From Takakia lepidozioides (taxonomy: Eukaryota; Plantae; Bryophyta): a stretch of DNA of 64,000 nt. Of the stretch, positions 13,892 to 25,324 are shown one piece after another. Every line of letters begins with the position of its first letter. Position 1 is the first letter of the stretch. The stretch spans positions 77,872,001 through 77,936,000 of the forward strand of contig CM060731.1 of NCBI GenBank assembly GCA_030704615.1. Direction: 5' to 3'. The notes under the pieces are model-generated. The model did not search any database. It saw only the letters and a program-made list of their open reading frames with translations, and was not told where the DNA came from. Made by a program: the position numbers and the translations under genes.

Positions 13892-16800
13892 CTAGTCCTT
13901 CTCAAGAGGTGGTGTCAAGCATCCCATATGCCAACCCCTTGAGCATCGATCACACACCAGCATGGTGGCTGCCCCTTTGGCAGACCCACAGAGCATGCAC
14001 CTCAAACCTGCAGGTACCACTGCCAAGTTTGGGTCAACTCTGCCATCGACATTGGGAAGGTGACATGGCGCACAATTACGCACATGGTCCTTCCAAGTCA
14101 TGCCATCCCGACCCTCTAAGATCAGGACCCCTGAGGGCAACACCTCTCGAACCCTCAGAATAACACGCCCTGCAGTAACATCCAGAGTCGTAGGAGCAGT
14201 CTGCTGCAAATAAACATAGTCACCAGGGCTAAACCTCCGAACCCCAGGACGATATCCTCCACCACGTATAGTGGCATACCTCAACGTATCACGGTGCTGT
14301 GCAATGGCAAGGTTCTCAAAAGCCATGGGCATGACTTTCTTGAACAACTCTGCACGCTGATCACATGCACGTACCCACACGTCCGGATCGTCAAGGTTAA
14401 GGACTTGAGCAGTGTCCCTACGAATGGCTGCAGGCAAATCCGGCTCTCGGCCAAAGAGAAGGAATATGGTGAGAAGGAGGCAAGTGATGCTTGTTTGCTG
14501 AACCTGTAGCCCATGGCTAACCAAGGAACCTGAAGATCCCAATCTCCTAGGTGTCCCTTCTGCAAGCCATACTTGCGCAAACCCCTCTTCACCGTCTGAA
14601 CAACTCTCTCTGCTAAGCCATCGGCCTCAGGATGATCCCGAGAAGTGGTGCGGTGGTCTATCAAGGCTTTATCACACAAAGCCTGAAACTCCCCCAAGAA
14701 CTCTCTCCCTTGGTCCGTGAGTACCTCAGCTGGAGCACCAAATCGGCTAAGCACACGATCCAAGAATGCATACGCAGCCCCCTCACTAGCCTTGTCAGGC
14801 AATGGAACCAACTCAATCCACTTGGAGAAGTGCTCCACCATCACCAACACATATCTGTGGTGGCGCATAGTCAGTGGCAACGGTCCTGCGAAGTCAAGAC
14901 TCCACCTGTAGCCCAATCCCATGATTGGTAAAGGATGCAACTGTGGTGTAGGGGCGTTGAATGAAGCACGCACCCTGTCACACACCATGCACCTAGCCAC
15001 AACTGTTGCACCTCTGTATGCATACCACGCCACCAATACTGCCCCCTGCAGTAAACTGTGAGTGCGTCGCACTCCAAAATGCCCCAACTCCTCATGGGCA
15101 TGCCGCACTAACCGTGCACGCTGTGTGGGGTGAGGCACAATCCTCACCCGACCATCCTCCCACACTCGAAGTAGGTGTATCCCCTCCCACTTGAACCTCT
15201 TGGCTCGTTGCAGGATCCGATCCCTCTCCCTGGCAGTCACATGGCTGCCGTGTCTCCCGTGCGGAGGTAGTCCAACACAGCCGAATCCTCATGTATATCT
15301 CTGGCACCACCTGGCTCATCACTAGCCTCAGGGTCCTCAGACACTCCGTCTACAGTCATCCCTGTTGTAGGTCCAACCTGACCTCCCGATGCCAAGATAC
15401 ACAAAAATGCAGATGCGTGCCATCCGGCACCATCTCCTCGTCCGTCTCACCATGCCACCGAGCTCCAGTGTCATCCTGCTGGCTCATGCATGGATTGCGA
15501 CTCAATCCATCCGCATCCCGATTGACCAAACCCGGTCGATGCACAACCTGAAAGTCATACTCCTGGAGTATGAGTGCCCACCGTGCAAGCTTCCCCGTAA
15601 GCTTGTCTGACTCCATCAACCACTTGAGTGGCTGGTGATCCGTGACAAGGGTGAAAAGATTGCCGTATAGATAGCACCTGAAGTGTGCCACGGCCCACAC
15701 TGCAGCTAAGCACTCTCCCTCATATGAGCTGTACTTAGCCTCTGCAGCGTTGTTCGAGCGGCTAGCATAAGCCACTACGAACTCTCTTCCCTCATCATCC
15801 ACCTGTGTGAGCACCGCTCCAAGCCCCAGCATGCTCCAATCCGTATGCAGCTGAAAGGGACGCCCCCTGATAGGTCGTCTCAGGATAGGCGCCGAGGTCA
15901 ACCTCGCCTTGAGCTCTTGAAAAGCTCGTTCCTGCTCATCTTCCCACTGCCACTCCTGGTCCACCTTGGTCAGCTTGGTTAGAGCCTTTGCAATGGTACT
16001 AAATCCCTTGACAAACCGTCTATAATAGTTTGCCAACCCCATGAAAGCTCGAACTCGGCTCACATCCGTGGGGCGTGGAATTTGTGCAATGGCCTCTACC
16101 TTAGTCTGCTGTACCCCCAATCCTCCAGGATATATCATGTGACCCAGATACTCAATCTGGTTGTGGAAAAACTTGCACTTCCCCGGATGCAACTTCAATC
16201 CGTGCGCTCTCAAGCGCTCCAATACCACCTGAAGGTGTCTCTCATGCTCCTCCATCGTAACTAAAGATGATGATGTCATCTATGTAGCACCGAGCAAAGT
16301 CCACCCTGCTAGAATCCTATCCATGACTCTCTGAAACTCTGCAGGAGCATTCTTAAGCCCAAATGGTAAGAACCGCCACTGATATAGGCAATCCTTGCCG
16401 TGCTCATTGATCCCCCAGAATGCCGTCTTCTGCTTGTCCGCCTCCTTGATTGGCAACTGGTGATATCCGGATCGTAAATCCAAAGTGCTAAAGGCCTTAG
16501 CATGCCCGATGGCATCAAAGATCTCCTCTGGTGTTGGCATGGCATACTTATCGGACTTGGTCTGACGATTTACAGGCCGGTAATCACCGCACATACGTCT
16601 CTCCGTCCAATTGCCATAGACATCCTTCTTGGCTGGCATCACTGTGGCTGAAGCATACTCTCCACCAGAGAGCTCACCAAACCTGCCTCCCAGAGATCTT
16701 GAGTCCTCATCTGAATCAAGACCTCTCCATGTCACTGTATCTATAGGGTCTCCGAAAGATTGGCGTGTCAGTGGCCAACTCAATACGGATCTCTTGACCC

Positions 16801-19800
16801 TTCAGTGCTCCCAAGTCCTTCAAACTGAAGGCAAAGCAATTCCTGTAAGCCCTCAGGAACCGCCGTATACGTCGTCTCTCTCCTCCGGTGACAATGGGTC
16901 CAATGTCAGGCTCCCAATTGTCCTCCGTAACTGCAACCTTAAGTCCAGTGGGCTTAGAGGTAGAGGACGCGTCCAGTGGTTGCTATGTTGCAACCTTGAG
17001 CAGTACTCCCTACCTGCTCAGTCAATGACAAGGCCTCATCCTGCCCCATCATCTCATCCTTGAGGACCTCCTCAACCCGAGAAGAATCCCCAACCTCATC
17101 CATCACAGCCGCCTTGGCTGCCAACTCCCTCTGAACCTCGAGCACCTCCCACGTGTGCCATGGATGCATGCACCCCGTGGTCCTCACATGCTCGCCCCCA
17201 CTCACTGCCTGTACCGTCTCGGTAGGCAGAGAGACCATTGAGGGAAGTGTACTCCGCACTCTGCGTTGCTCAGCCAGAGCCAAGCTGATAATCCAGGTCA
17301 AGCAATTGAGATCCATTGCTTGCCCCAACACTTGACGACGTGATGCCTCAGAAAGAGACGACACCGCCGTGGTACCAGTGGTAAAACCCATTGCCCGCTC
17401 ACGCTCGTCAGCATTAGGCTCCACTAACTGCTGCAACTGAGCATCCCACAGGAGGCCAGGTCCACTATCCCGGAAAGCATGCGATCCTGGGAAGCTGAGC
17501 AGTGTGTAGGTAATGCTGCTCGTGGTTGACCCACCTTGTTGACCACTGCCAAAGGCAAACGGTCATCGTGTCTCACACGCTGAGACTGCCTCCCTGTGTC
17601 CAGAATGCTATCCACTGTGAGATGTGCTGGCCGCTGCACCCCATCAAATGCACGCTTGAGCAGTGCGGGTGGCATCAAGTTAGTCCACCATAGCCGTGGA
17701 CGATGAGCCCGTGACCCCACTGTAGCTGCATCTAGCAACACTGCTGACCCAAAGCCACGACCGGACTTGATGCACACTGGCCATCACCCTGGCCCGAGAA
17801 TCGCCCATCAGTGGCACATTCTCCAAGATGTATGCTGGATACAGCTTGATGAAGCTGCAAGTGGCGCAAAACCCGCACCATCTCCCAAAACAGACCCGAC
17901 CTCGAGTCTCGCAATCCATTGCCATGCCCGGCTGATGAATGCCCTTGGCAGGGCCAACCTGCCACTACCAGATCAATGGAGCCAACCCGCTCCAAATCCT
18001 GCGCCCCAGCAATGTCTGCTGGCAAGGCCTGCTGATATCCACGAATTGCAGACACCGACAACAACTCAGGGTACGCTGCACCAACTGAGCAACATGGCGA
18101 AGTGAAACGCGTCGTGCAGTCTCATCCCTCTCCACATACAGGTAACGCCGAACTCGTACACCTGCCTGTAACACAGCAGCCAATCCGGTGCTGATCCCGC
18201 CAAACAAGTCCAGAAGACAAATGCCTTCATCCGGATACTGCCACACAATAGGTGTGGTGTCCAATGGAGACAATTGAGGTGGTCCTGGTGCAATCCCCAC
18301 ACTCTCCTCCTCTCCTGACGGTACAAAAGCCTCCACCCAGGCTTGTTGCACCCGTCGATCAGCATCCCGCTGCAAATCCTTGCTCGTGCCCCACAATGGA
18401 GTCTGAGCAACCATGGTAGGCAACTCCGCCATACCATACATGTCATCCTGCTCTCCCGGAGGTGGTACATCCTCTGAATGAGCATTGCCCTCAAGCAACT
18501 CTCTAGGCCAACTCACTGCCGCTGTGAATGCTGCTAGTGTCGGCATCTTGCCTCGCTGGGCAACCGCAACTCCTCCTATGAACGTCACAGGGAGCTGCAC
18601 ACGCCGGCCCTCCCCTGACTGCCATGCAGGCCTATAGGAAGCTGACTCCTCCCAAAAATCCAGGGTGAAGCCCATGGGGTACAACACTGCCCCACCAACC
18701 AGGACATCGTATGAGACGCGTCTGTCACAATGGCCTTGGCTCGCATCACTGAGCCATCTGTAGGGTGATCCGGCCGTAGTCTGATAGCCAACTCACGCCG
18801 TGTCATGCCCCGAGCCTGCTCCGATCCTCCAGAGACGTCTGTATCTGGAAAGGACAAGGCTCCATATCCGCCTCCGTGAGGCCCAAGCCTGCAATAGCAG
18901 CTCTGCCCAGCATCAATGGCTGAGCTCCCGAGTCCAACAAGACCCGCAGTGGCCGGTACCTCTTGCCTGCCGGTCCACTCAAACAGAAAATGCCATCCTG
19001 GTTGTCTAACATGACAACTCCAGGTGTCACCATGGCGCGCTCAATGGCTGGCCTAGCTGGCAGCTCCATCAACCTGGCAGCTGCAGCTTGCCATGGCGCC
19101 GCCGTGGCAGTCTTGACCCTCAAATCCGAGGATCCCTCCGGCACTACACCTCCCACTATCTCCGCAGAAGATGAAGTAACCTCCCCTCTCACAGAGTGTA
19201 GCTGCCAGCCTGAACACCTCAGCTGGTCTTACCCCCGGCGTCGCAATCATGGTAGCCGAGAACAATGGAGCCTGGCACACAGATGTGGCCGCTCCTAGCA
19301 GCACACTAGCTGCCGTAGCCTTGGCAACACTAGGTAGTGGTGCTACCCGTGTAGCTCTCCCCAATGGCATAGTAACCTCCGCCTCGGTAACAGTCGGGCG
19401 AGAACTAGGTGCCATGGATGGCGTCGACACTGTCTCCGCCAATGTGAATGACTGAGGAAGCCTAGCCTGACGGCTTGCCTCCCCACGCTGTGGATCCAAC
19501 TCCACCTCTGCACCTCGTGGCTCAGGAACTCGTGCTGCTCCTCGAGTCACGGCTGCAGCAGACTCCACCTGCACTAGTGGTAGTGCTGCTCCACACATGA
19601 ATCCCATGCCTCCCATATCTCCTCCCTCAGGAGCAGGAGGTGGACCATCCGGCCTTAGAGCCGGTACCACCTGAGCTGTAGCCATGGCAGCGAGCCTCTG
19701 CTCTAGCTGCTGAAGCCGGTTGGCCATGCCTTGGTCAACACCCTGACCTCCGCGTCCTTGGCCATGTTGAGCTTGCCCTTGGCCTGCACCTCGTGGCTGG

Positions 19801-20934
19801 CCACCTCGTCCTCTCTGGGCTGCTCCACCTCGCCCCCGGCCACCATTGTTCCCTTGGAACTGGCCTGGGCGCAACTCAGGATGCAAACCATAACACTGGG
19901 CCTCTCCATGCCCGTGCTTGCCACAATGCCCACACTGCAACTGTGCAGGCTGTGCATGTGCCGGCCCTTTGCCTCCCTCTGGGCAATCCTTCTTGACATG
20001 GGTCCTCCACATGTCCAGCACACCACATCCGCCCGTTGTTGGCCAGCAAATGAAGGGAGAGACCCCTGCATCTGAGGTCCTCTCTGCCCTTCCCTGAGCT
20101 TCACCTGAGCCCCTTGTTGCCTTGAGCACGTTGAGGTAGTGGTTGGCTAGGAGCACCACTACCCCGTGGTGTCTCCTTAGCAAATCCCACCATGACCACT
20201 CGTTCCTCCACCATGTTGAGCTCTATCCGCTCTGCCAGCAAAAAACACATTTGCTAAGGTGGGTTGGGCCGCTTGTAGGAGAGTTGCATCCCGCACCCTT
20301 CTCCTCAGCTCCTTGTCCAATATCCCATACCAGAATTGGACTGCCTGAGCTTCCGTAACCCCTTGGGTTACATTTATCAAGCGCCTCATGCGAGTGAAAG
20401 CCTCCCTCAAGCTCTCGGTCGGCTTCCGTTGGAACTCTTGCAAGCTCCGCAACTTCTCTGTCCTCACCCCTTGGTAGTTCCCTCTCAACTCTTCGAAGAA
20501 CTCCACAACAGGGGTTGAAGGCAGGCACGGGCTAGTGCTGGTGCGGTAGTGGCTTGGGTGGACGTCGTAGCTACTGTACCACCAGTCCCACTAGCTGCTT
20601 GCTGAAGCTGCCGGTGCAGCGGCAGGTGTAGCCACTGCCCTCGTGGCTCTAGTGCCCCTAGTGATGGAGACATAGTCGGGTGACCAGTACATCCTCCACT
20701 CCTCGATCTCAACCTCATGCCCCCGCCTGAACTCATGGTAATCATCCATAGGCGGCCCCTCAAGGTGCTGAAACAGCCCTTCCATGCCATGAAAGGCGTA
20801 AATAGTTGTGGATTGCGCATTTGCTGCAAATCACACCAACTATCAAACTCTTGGATAAAATCATCCAACTCGATGGTGCCCACCGCCCCAGAGTACCTTC
20901 GTGGCCCCTTGGTAGCTCCATACATCTCCTCCAT
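13892..20934 (-). pseudogene. Gag-Pol polyprotein of copy 1, frameshifted: Gag with two zinc knuckles (~20934-19870), aspartic protease (~19000-18600), DNMT (18225-17280), RT (~16680-16040), RNase H (~15950-15530), integrase (~15130-14450), PHD (~14010-13900, truncated)
   Basis: CWTCGGPHVKKDC and CGHCGKHGHGEAQC; VLLDSGAQ; RMCGDYRPVN, LDLRSGYHQ, LPFGLKNAP, YIDD; LHTDWS..GLGAVL, YEGECLA, TDHQPL; HEELGHFG, WSLDFAGP, LTDQGREF, GLAERVVQ; CMLC..MLVCDRC..WHMGC. Confidence 0.9.
17280..18225 (-). pseudogene. DNMT3-like C5 cytosine methyltransferase domain inside pol (copy 1)
   Basis: Motifs in canonical order: I LLDLFGGISTG, II YLYVERD, IV DLVVAGWPCQGHS, V RSGLFWEMVRVL, VI YILENV, VII-VIII DAATVGSRAHRPRLWWTN, IX ERERAMGF, X RRQVLGQAM; split over 3-4 reading frames. 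Confidence 0.9.
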
Positions 20935-21839
20935 TGTGTCCCACAACAATGGCAAAGAAACAACTTGCACCGCCGGTATGAGTCCTCCTGATTCACAATC
21001 CGAATCAGAACCTTCCGTAGAAGACACAGGAGGTGAAGGTGGCCTAAACCGCACACCTCGTCTCGTGTACCCACTAGTATCGCTAGTGCTCGAACCGGCA
21101 CTGTCCCCAGCAACTAGTGGCACCTCCGTGTTGACACTCAACCGGTCATGAACATGTCCTAACCCCCTCTCCACAAGGTAACCGGGTAGAGAACCTTTGC
21201 GGCTTATGGTTTGGAATACTAAGTTCCTAACATAGCCTACACTGTACCTGCATCCACCGCAAGCACTCCTATGGTTGGCTGGTCATCACCTCCAACCTCA
21301 CCACAGGAGAAACAATGATGGTCTGGCTGGTCATCACCCCAGCCTCACCATCGACAGCATGCTCTAGGACTGGCCGGTGATCAAATCCGGACCAATCACC
21401 TATAAAAACAAGCGCCCACACAAAACTAGCATGGCGCACAGTCAAGCATGCAGGTATGGAGGGGATCCAAACACAAGAAATCAGAACGACAACTCCCCCA
21501 CACCAAAAACAACTCCACGGTGTTGCTCCTGCAAGGACACCCCAGCCCAAACCCGGACTGACTCTTGCCTCCACCTACGGAAAGGTCTTGGCCTAATGAG
21601 AGGGTGGAAACTACGAGGAAGAGAAGCTAAAGCAATGCCTAACCCCAGCATGCCCTCATCCCAACACTCTCTTCCCTCACTTGCATGACCATGGGAATAT
21701 CATGAAGATACTCCTCAAACCGCCCTCCACGAGCTTCAAAATTCGGCCTTCAAGACCACATGCCAGTCCTTAGGCAGTCCACCAGTGCCTCCACGAGTCA
21801 GCACAGGCCGTCCACAGGTCAACACGGGCCACCACAGAC

Positions 21840-22200
21840 CAGCACAGGCCCACACAGCTCACTGGTCACAGCCGTCACAGTCACACAGGTCACACACACA
21901 CAGCACAGCCCGTCACACCCACACACATTTCACAGTCACAGCCCCACACACACACAGCCCCTCACAGTTTCACAGCCCCAAAGGCCTCCTGTCACAGCCC
22001 TCACAGCCCGTCACAGGCCTGCCTGTCACAGGTTGTTCACAGCCCGTCACAGCCCCACAGGCCACTTCACAGCCCGTTCATTTGCCTTTCCCTTCACAGC
22101 CTGTCACAGAGCCCGTCACAGCCCCACAGGCCTGCCCACAGCCCCTCACAGCCCCTCACAGCCCCGCCACACAGCCTGTCACAGGCCCCACAGGCCACTC
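21840..22200. repeat. Degenerate CACAGCC(C/T)GT tandem array in the long 5' leader of copy 1
   Basis: Dozens of cacagccc/gtcacag units. Confidence 0.85.
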
Positions 22201-23697
22201 ATGCAGTTTAGCCATTTCTCCAAGGGGTTTAGCCACGCCAAGCTAGGGTTTGTGTCTCTTGGACTCTAGGCTTCTTTCCACCGAGCTATGGCGGCTGTGA
22301 GGAAATCAGCAAGGTATTCTTGCTCTTTCGGCTCCCACACACCACCATAGTAGCCCTAAGCCATGAGGTGGTTGCCACAAACCAAGCCTTCTTTCTCACT
22401 TAGCCTCCCCAAACACGCCACTAAACTCAATGGCAAACAACCAAGCCCTGCTGGTTCCCAGCCCTTGTGAGCACTCATTCAAGCACTCTCCTTGGCCATA
22501 GCATCTGTCTTAGAGCCTATTCCAGCCCCCTACACCTGCTGCTTCAAGAGTTGCGCTCCCTTCAAGCTTGAAGTTGAAACCCCAACTCACATAGGCCCTA
22601 CAAGTGCTTTTCTTTCACTCCAAGTGGAAACCAGCCCTAGACCTTCCGTTCTAGCTCTCTAAAGCTTGAAAACAAGAGCCTCAATGGGCTGAAGGCATGC
22701 TCCACACATGCCCCACTCTCACCATAAGAGAATCAGCTCCTTTGCTTCATTTCTTGCACCCACAACCTGAAAATACAAGCTTCAGCAGGCTGAAAGCATG
22801 CTCACATGCCCTACAGGGAAACCAGCCCCTTCCTTCCTTTCTTGCACTCCCAACCTGAAAGTGCAAGCCTTCACCAGGCTGATAGCATGCTCCACACATG
22901 CATTGCCTCACATAAGGGAAGTACAGCCCTTCCCTCTTCCTTGCTTGCCCTCCAAGCTTGAAGATGGCTCTTCAATGAGCTGAATACATGCTCCACACAT
23001 GCAACCTCTTCACACAAGAGATATCAGCCCCCTATCTTGGCTCCTTGGCTCCTTGATGCTCTCTAAGACAAGACTAAGCACTCCACAGCATTTGCCAAGC
23101 TCCTGAAACCCTAGCTTACATTTCCAGCCACAAGACACTTCTCTTGTGTGCAAGAGCTCTTCTTCCAAGCTCTGAAACCCTAGGTGCACATTCCATGGCC
23201 TTGCCGCACCTCTTAGCTCCTGTTCCAGCCCTGCTCTTGCCATGACAAGAGCCCTCTCAATGCTGAAGCTCGAGATTGAAACCCAATCTCACCATACTCC
23301 ACAAAGTGCACTGATTTGCCCCAAGCCAAATCAGCCCTTTCGCTTGGTCTTGCAATCCTTCACACAATGAAAGCTCGCATTCCCCAGTCCAGTTCTCAGC
23401 TTTGCCACCAAAGCCACTATAACCTGCTCTTGACTGGTCCTCTTCCCAATCGTGCTTGCTCATGCATGTACACAATCTGAAACCATCAAGGTGCTTTGGA
23501 ATTACGTGCAGCATGATGCTTTCATCTCTGAAGCTGAAATCGAATGCCAAGGTCTACCACCTCGTAACCCACATCGCCTCTGCTTCTAACAACCAAGAGC
23601 TCCACGGTGCTCTTTGCATAACAACTTGGTTTCTCTCATTCTCAAGCAAAAACCACAAGTGCTACAACTAACTCGTATGTGGCACTTACAGATACGA

Positions 23698-23714
23698 GCT
23701 CATCTTTCTCGAGT
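23698..23714 (-). promoter_or_regulatory. PBS-position sequence complementary to the element's own LTR (putative self-priming site), copy 1
   Basis: gctcatctttctcgagt (23698-23714) is the exact reverse complement of actcgagaaagatgagc (23878-23894); no TGG tRNA-type PBS next to the repeat. Confidence 0.7.
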
Positions 23715-24040
23715 GATAAAGAAGAAGAATACAAGCACAAGCTCATGCGAGCTCACAAAGCTGAAGCATAAACTCATGCATATATAACCTCATCACTCAA
23801 ATACAAGTCAAGCCAAGTGCACCACACGCCATGGGGAGTCCACACTACGGCGCCATAGCTAGGCGCGGTGAGGCTCAACTCGAGAAAGATGAGCCTTCCG
23901 CTCTTGCCGTGAAGATAACCACTCCAGGGCCTAAATCTGCCTTGACCCTTGGATTGACACTTGGGCCAATCCCAGATGTCAATATGTAAAAGCTAGCTAT
24001 TTCCTAGCTAGTTTCACACTAGTGGTAAAATAACTTGACA
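23714..24040 (-). repeat. Terminal repeat segment B, 5' copy (element 1)
   Basis: Sense TGTCAAG...CTTTATCA; matches 13482-13803. Confidence 0.92.
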
Positions 24041-25064
24041 GTGTTGTCAAAGAGACCAAGGCATTGGCCAAATTAGAAGAAAATAAGTTCGAACCTTTGG
24101 TATGCTCAGCAAGATCTCATCTTTGTCAAAATTTTCAAGGCACAAGTGTTGCCGATAGATGCATACAGACCAAAATCGCTACCGAGTTCTGTAGAAGCCA
24201 CGAATGCTAGAGCCCTTCGTATCCAGAAGATGAAATTGCATCGATCAAGGATCAGTGAGGTAGGATAAGAGAAATGTTTCAAAGCTTGACTCTTTCTTGT
24301 GACATTAATCTGGATTGAATTTTCATGATCGTGTCGTGCGCATATATATCGCTACACAACTACATCGTTGTCCAAACCACACAACATATGTGCACACCAA
24401 ACACTAGTCTATCACTAGTGCACCACTAGGCTGCCACTAGACAACCACTTGTCACCACTAGTGCAGCCACTACTCCAACACTAGGCTGCCATTAGCCACC
24501 ACTAGTGCAGCCACTAGTCCATCCAAATAAATAAAGAAGAATACAAAACAAGCTCATGCGAGCTCACAAAGCTGAAGCATAAACTCATGCATATATACCT
24601 CTCACTCATCATCAAATACAAGTCAAGCCAAGTGCACCCCACGCCATGGGGAATCCACACTACGGCGCCATAGCTAGGCGCGGTGAGGCTCAACTCGAGA
24701 AAGATGAGCCCACCGCGATTTGCCGTGAAGATAACAACGTCAGGTGCCCAAACATGTATTGGCCCCTGAATTGACACTTGGGTCAATCCCAAATGTCAAT
24801 ATATAAAAGCTAGCTATTTCCTAGCTAACTTCACACTAGTGGTAAAATAACTTGACAACTGTCGTGCGCATACATATCGCTACACAACTACATCGCTGTC
24901 CAAACCACACAACTTATGTGCACACCAAATACTAGTCTATCACTAGTGCACCACTAGTGCACCACTAGGCTGCCACTAGACAACCACTAGCCACCACTAG
25001 TGCAGCCACTAGTCCAACACTAGGCTGCCATTAGCCACCACTAGGCTGCCACTAGTCTATCACA

Positions 25065-25076
25065 ATCGCCCCCCTA
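25065..25076 (-). promoter_or_regulatory. Putative polypurine tract (sense TAGGGGGGCGAT) immediately before the TGTG start of the inner A repeat
   Basis: plus-strand atcgcccccct abutting the A copy ending at 25064; deleted in copy 1. Confidence 0.55.
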
Positions 25077-25324
25077 GCTGGCGCTTAGGTCCCTCTAAGT
25101 CCAGGTAGCCACAAGATGTGATAGTGGCCATAGCCTCACTAAGTCCTCCACCATTGTCCCTACTACACTCAAACTCAATAGATCAAGAGGCCGGGTACAA
25201 GAGTTGCCCCATCGTTAGTCGTCGTCTTGCAATCTGTGAACTTGAGCCCGAGATCTTGGGTATTGACTCCTATGAGCTTGGCCTCCCATGTCTTGTGAGC
25301 TGCCACTAGTCATATCCACTGCCA

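Larger units (their letters stand above)
13293..24040 (-). mobile_element. Ty3/gypsy-type retrotransposon copy 1 (Gag-PR-DNMT-RT-RH-INT-PHD) with split/permuted terminal repeats
   Basis: Termini TGTCGTG...CTTGACA; 4-bp TSD GTGT at 13289-13292 and 24041-24044; gypsy domain order PR-RT-RH-INT; direct repeats 13482-13803 and 23714-24040. Confidence 0.93.

Noticed and set aside
17280-18225. Host DNMT3 gene or bacterial restriction-modification contamination
   Set aside because: Intronless, in frame with the retroviral protease, at the same position in both element copies, and embedded among intron-containing plant genes.
21760-22269. His/Thr/Pro-rich plus-strand ORFs (also 32021-32628) as antisense genes
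   Set aside because: They are translations of the CACAGCC array; frames and lengths are not conserved between copies.
13293-24040. Classification as a DIRS/Ngaro/PAT tyrosine-recombinase element because of split repeats and a methyltransferase
   Set aside because: It encodes protease and an rve DDE integrase, has TSDs, shows no YR motif, and its MTase is C5-cytosine type rather than the DIRS adenine-MTase-like domain.
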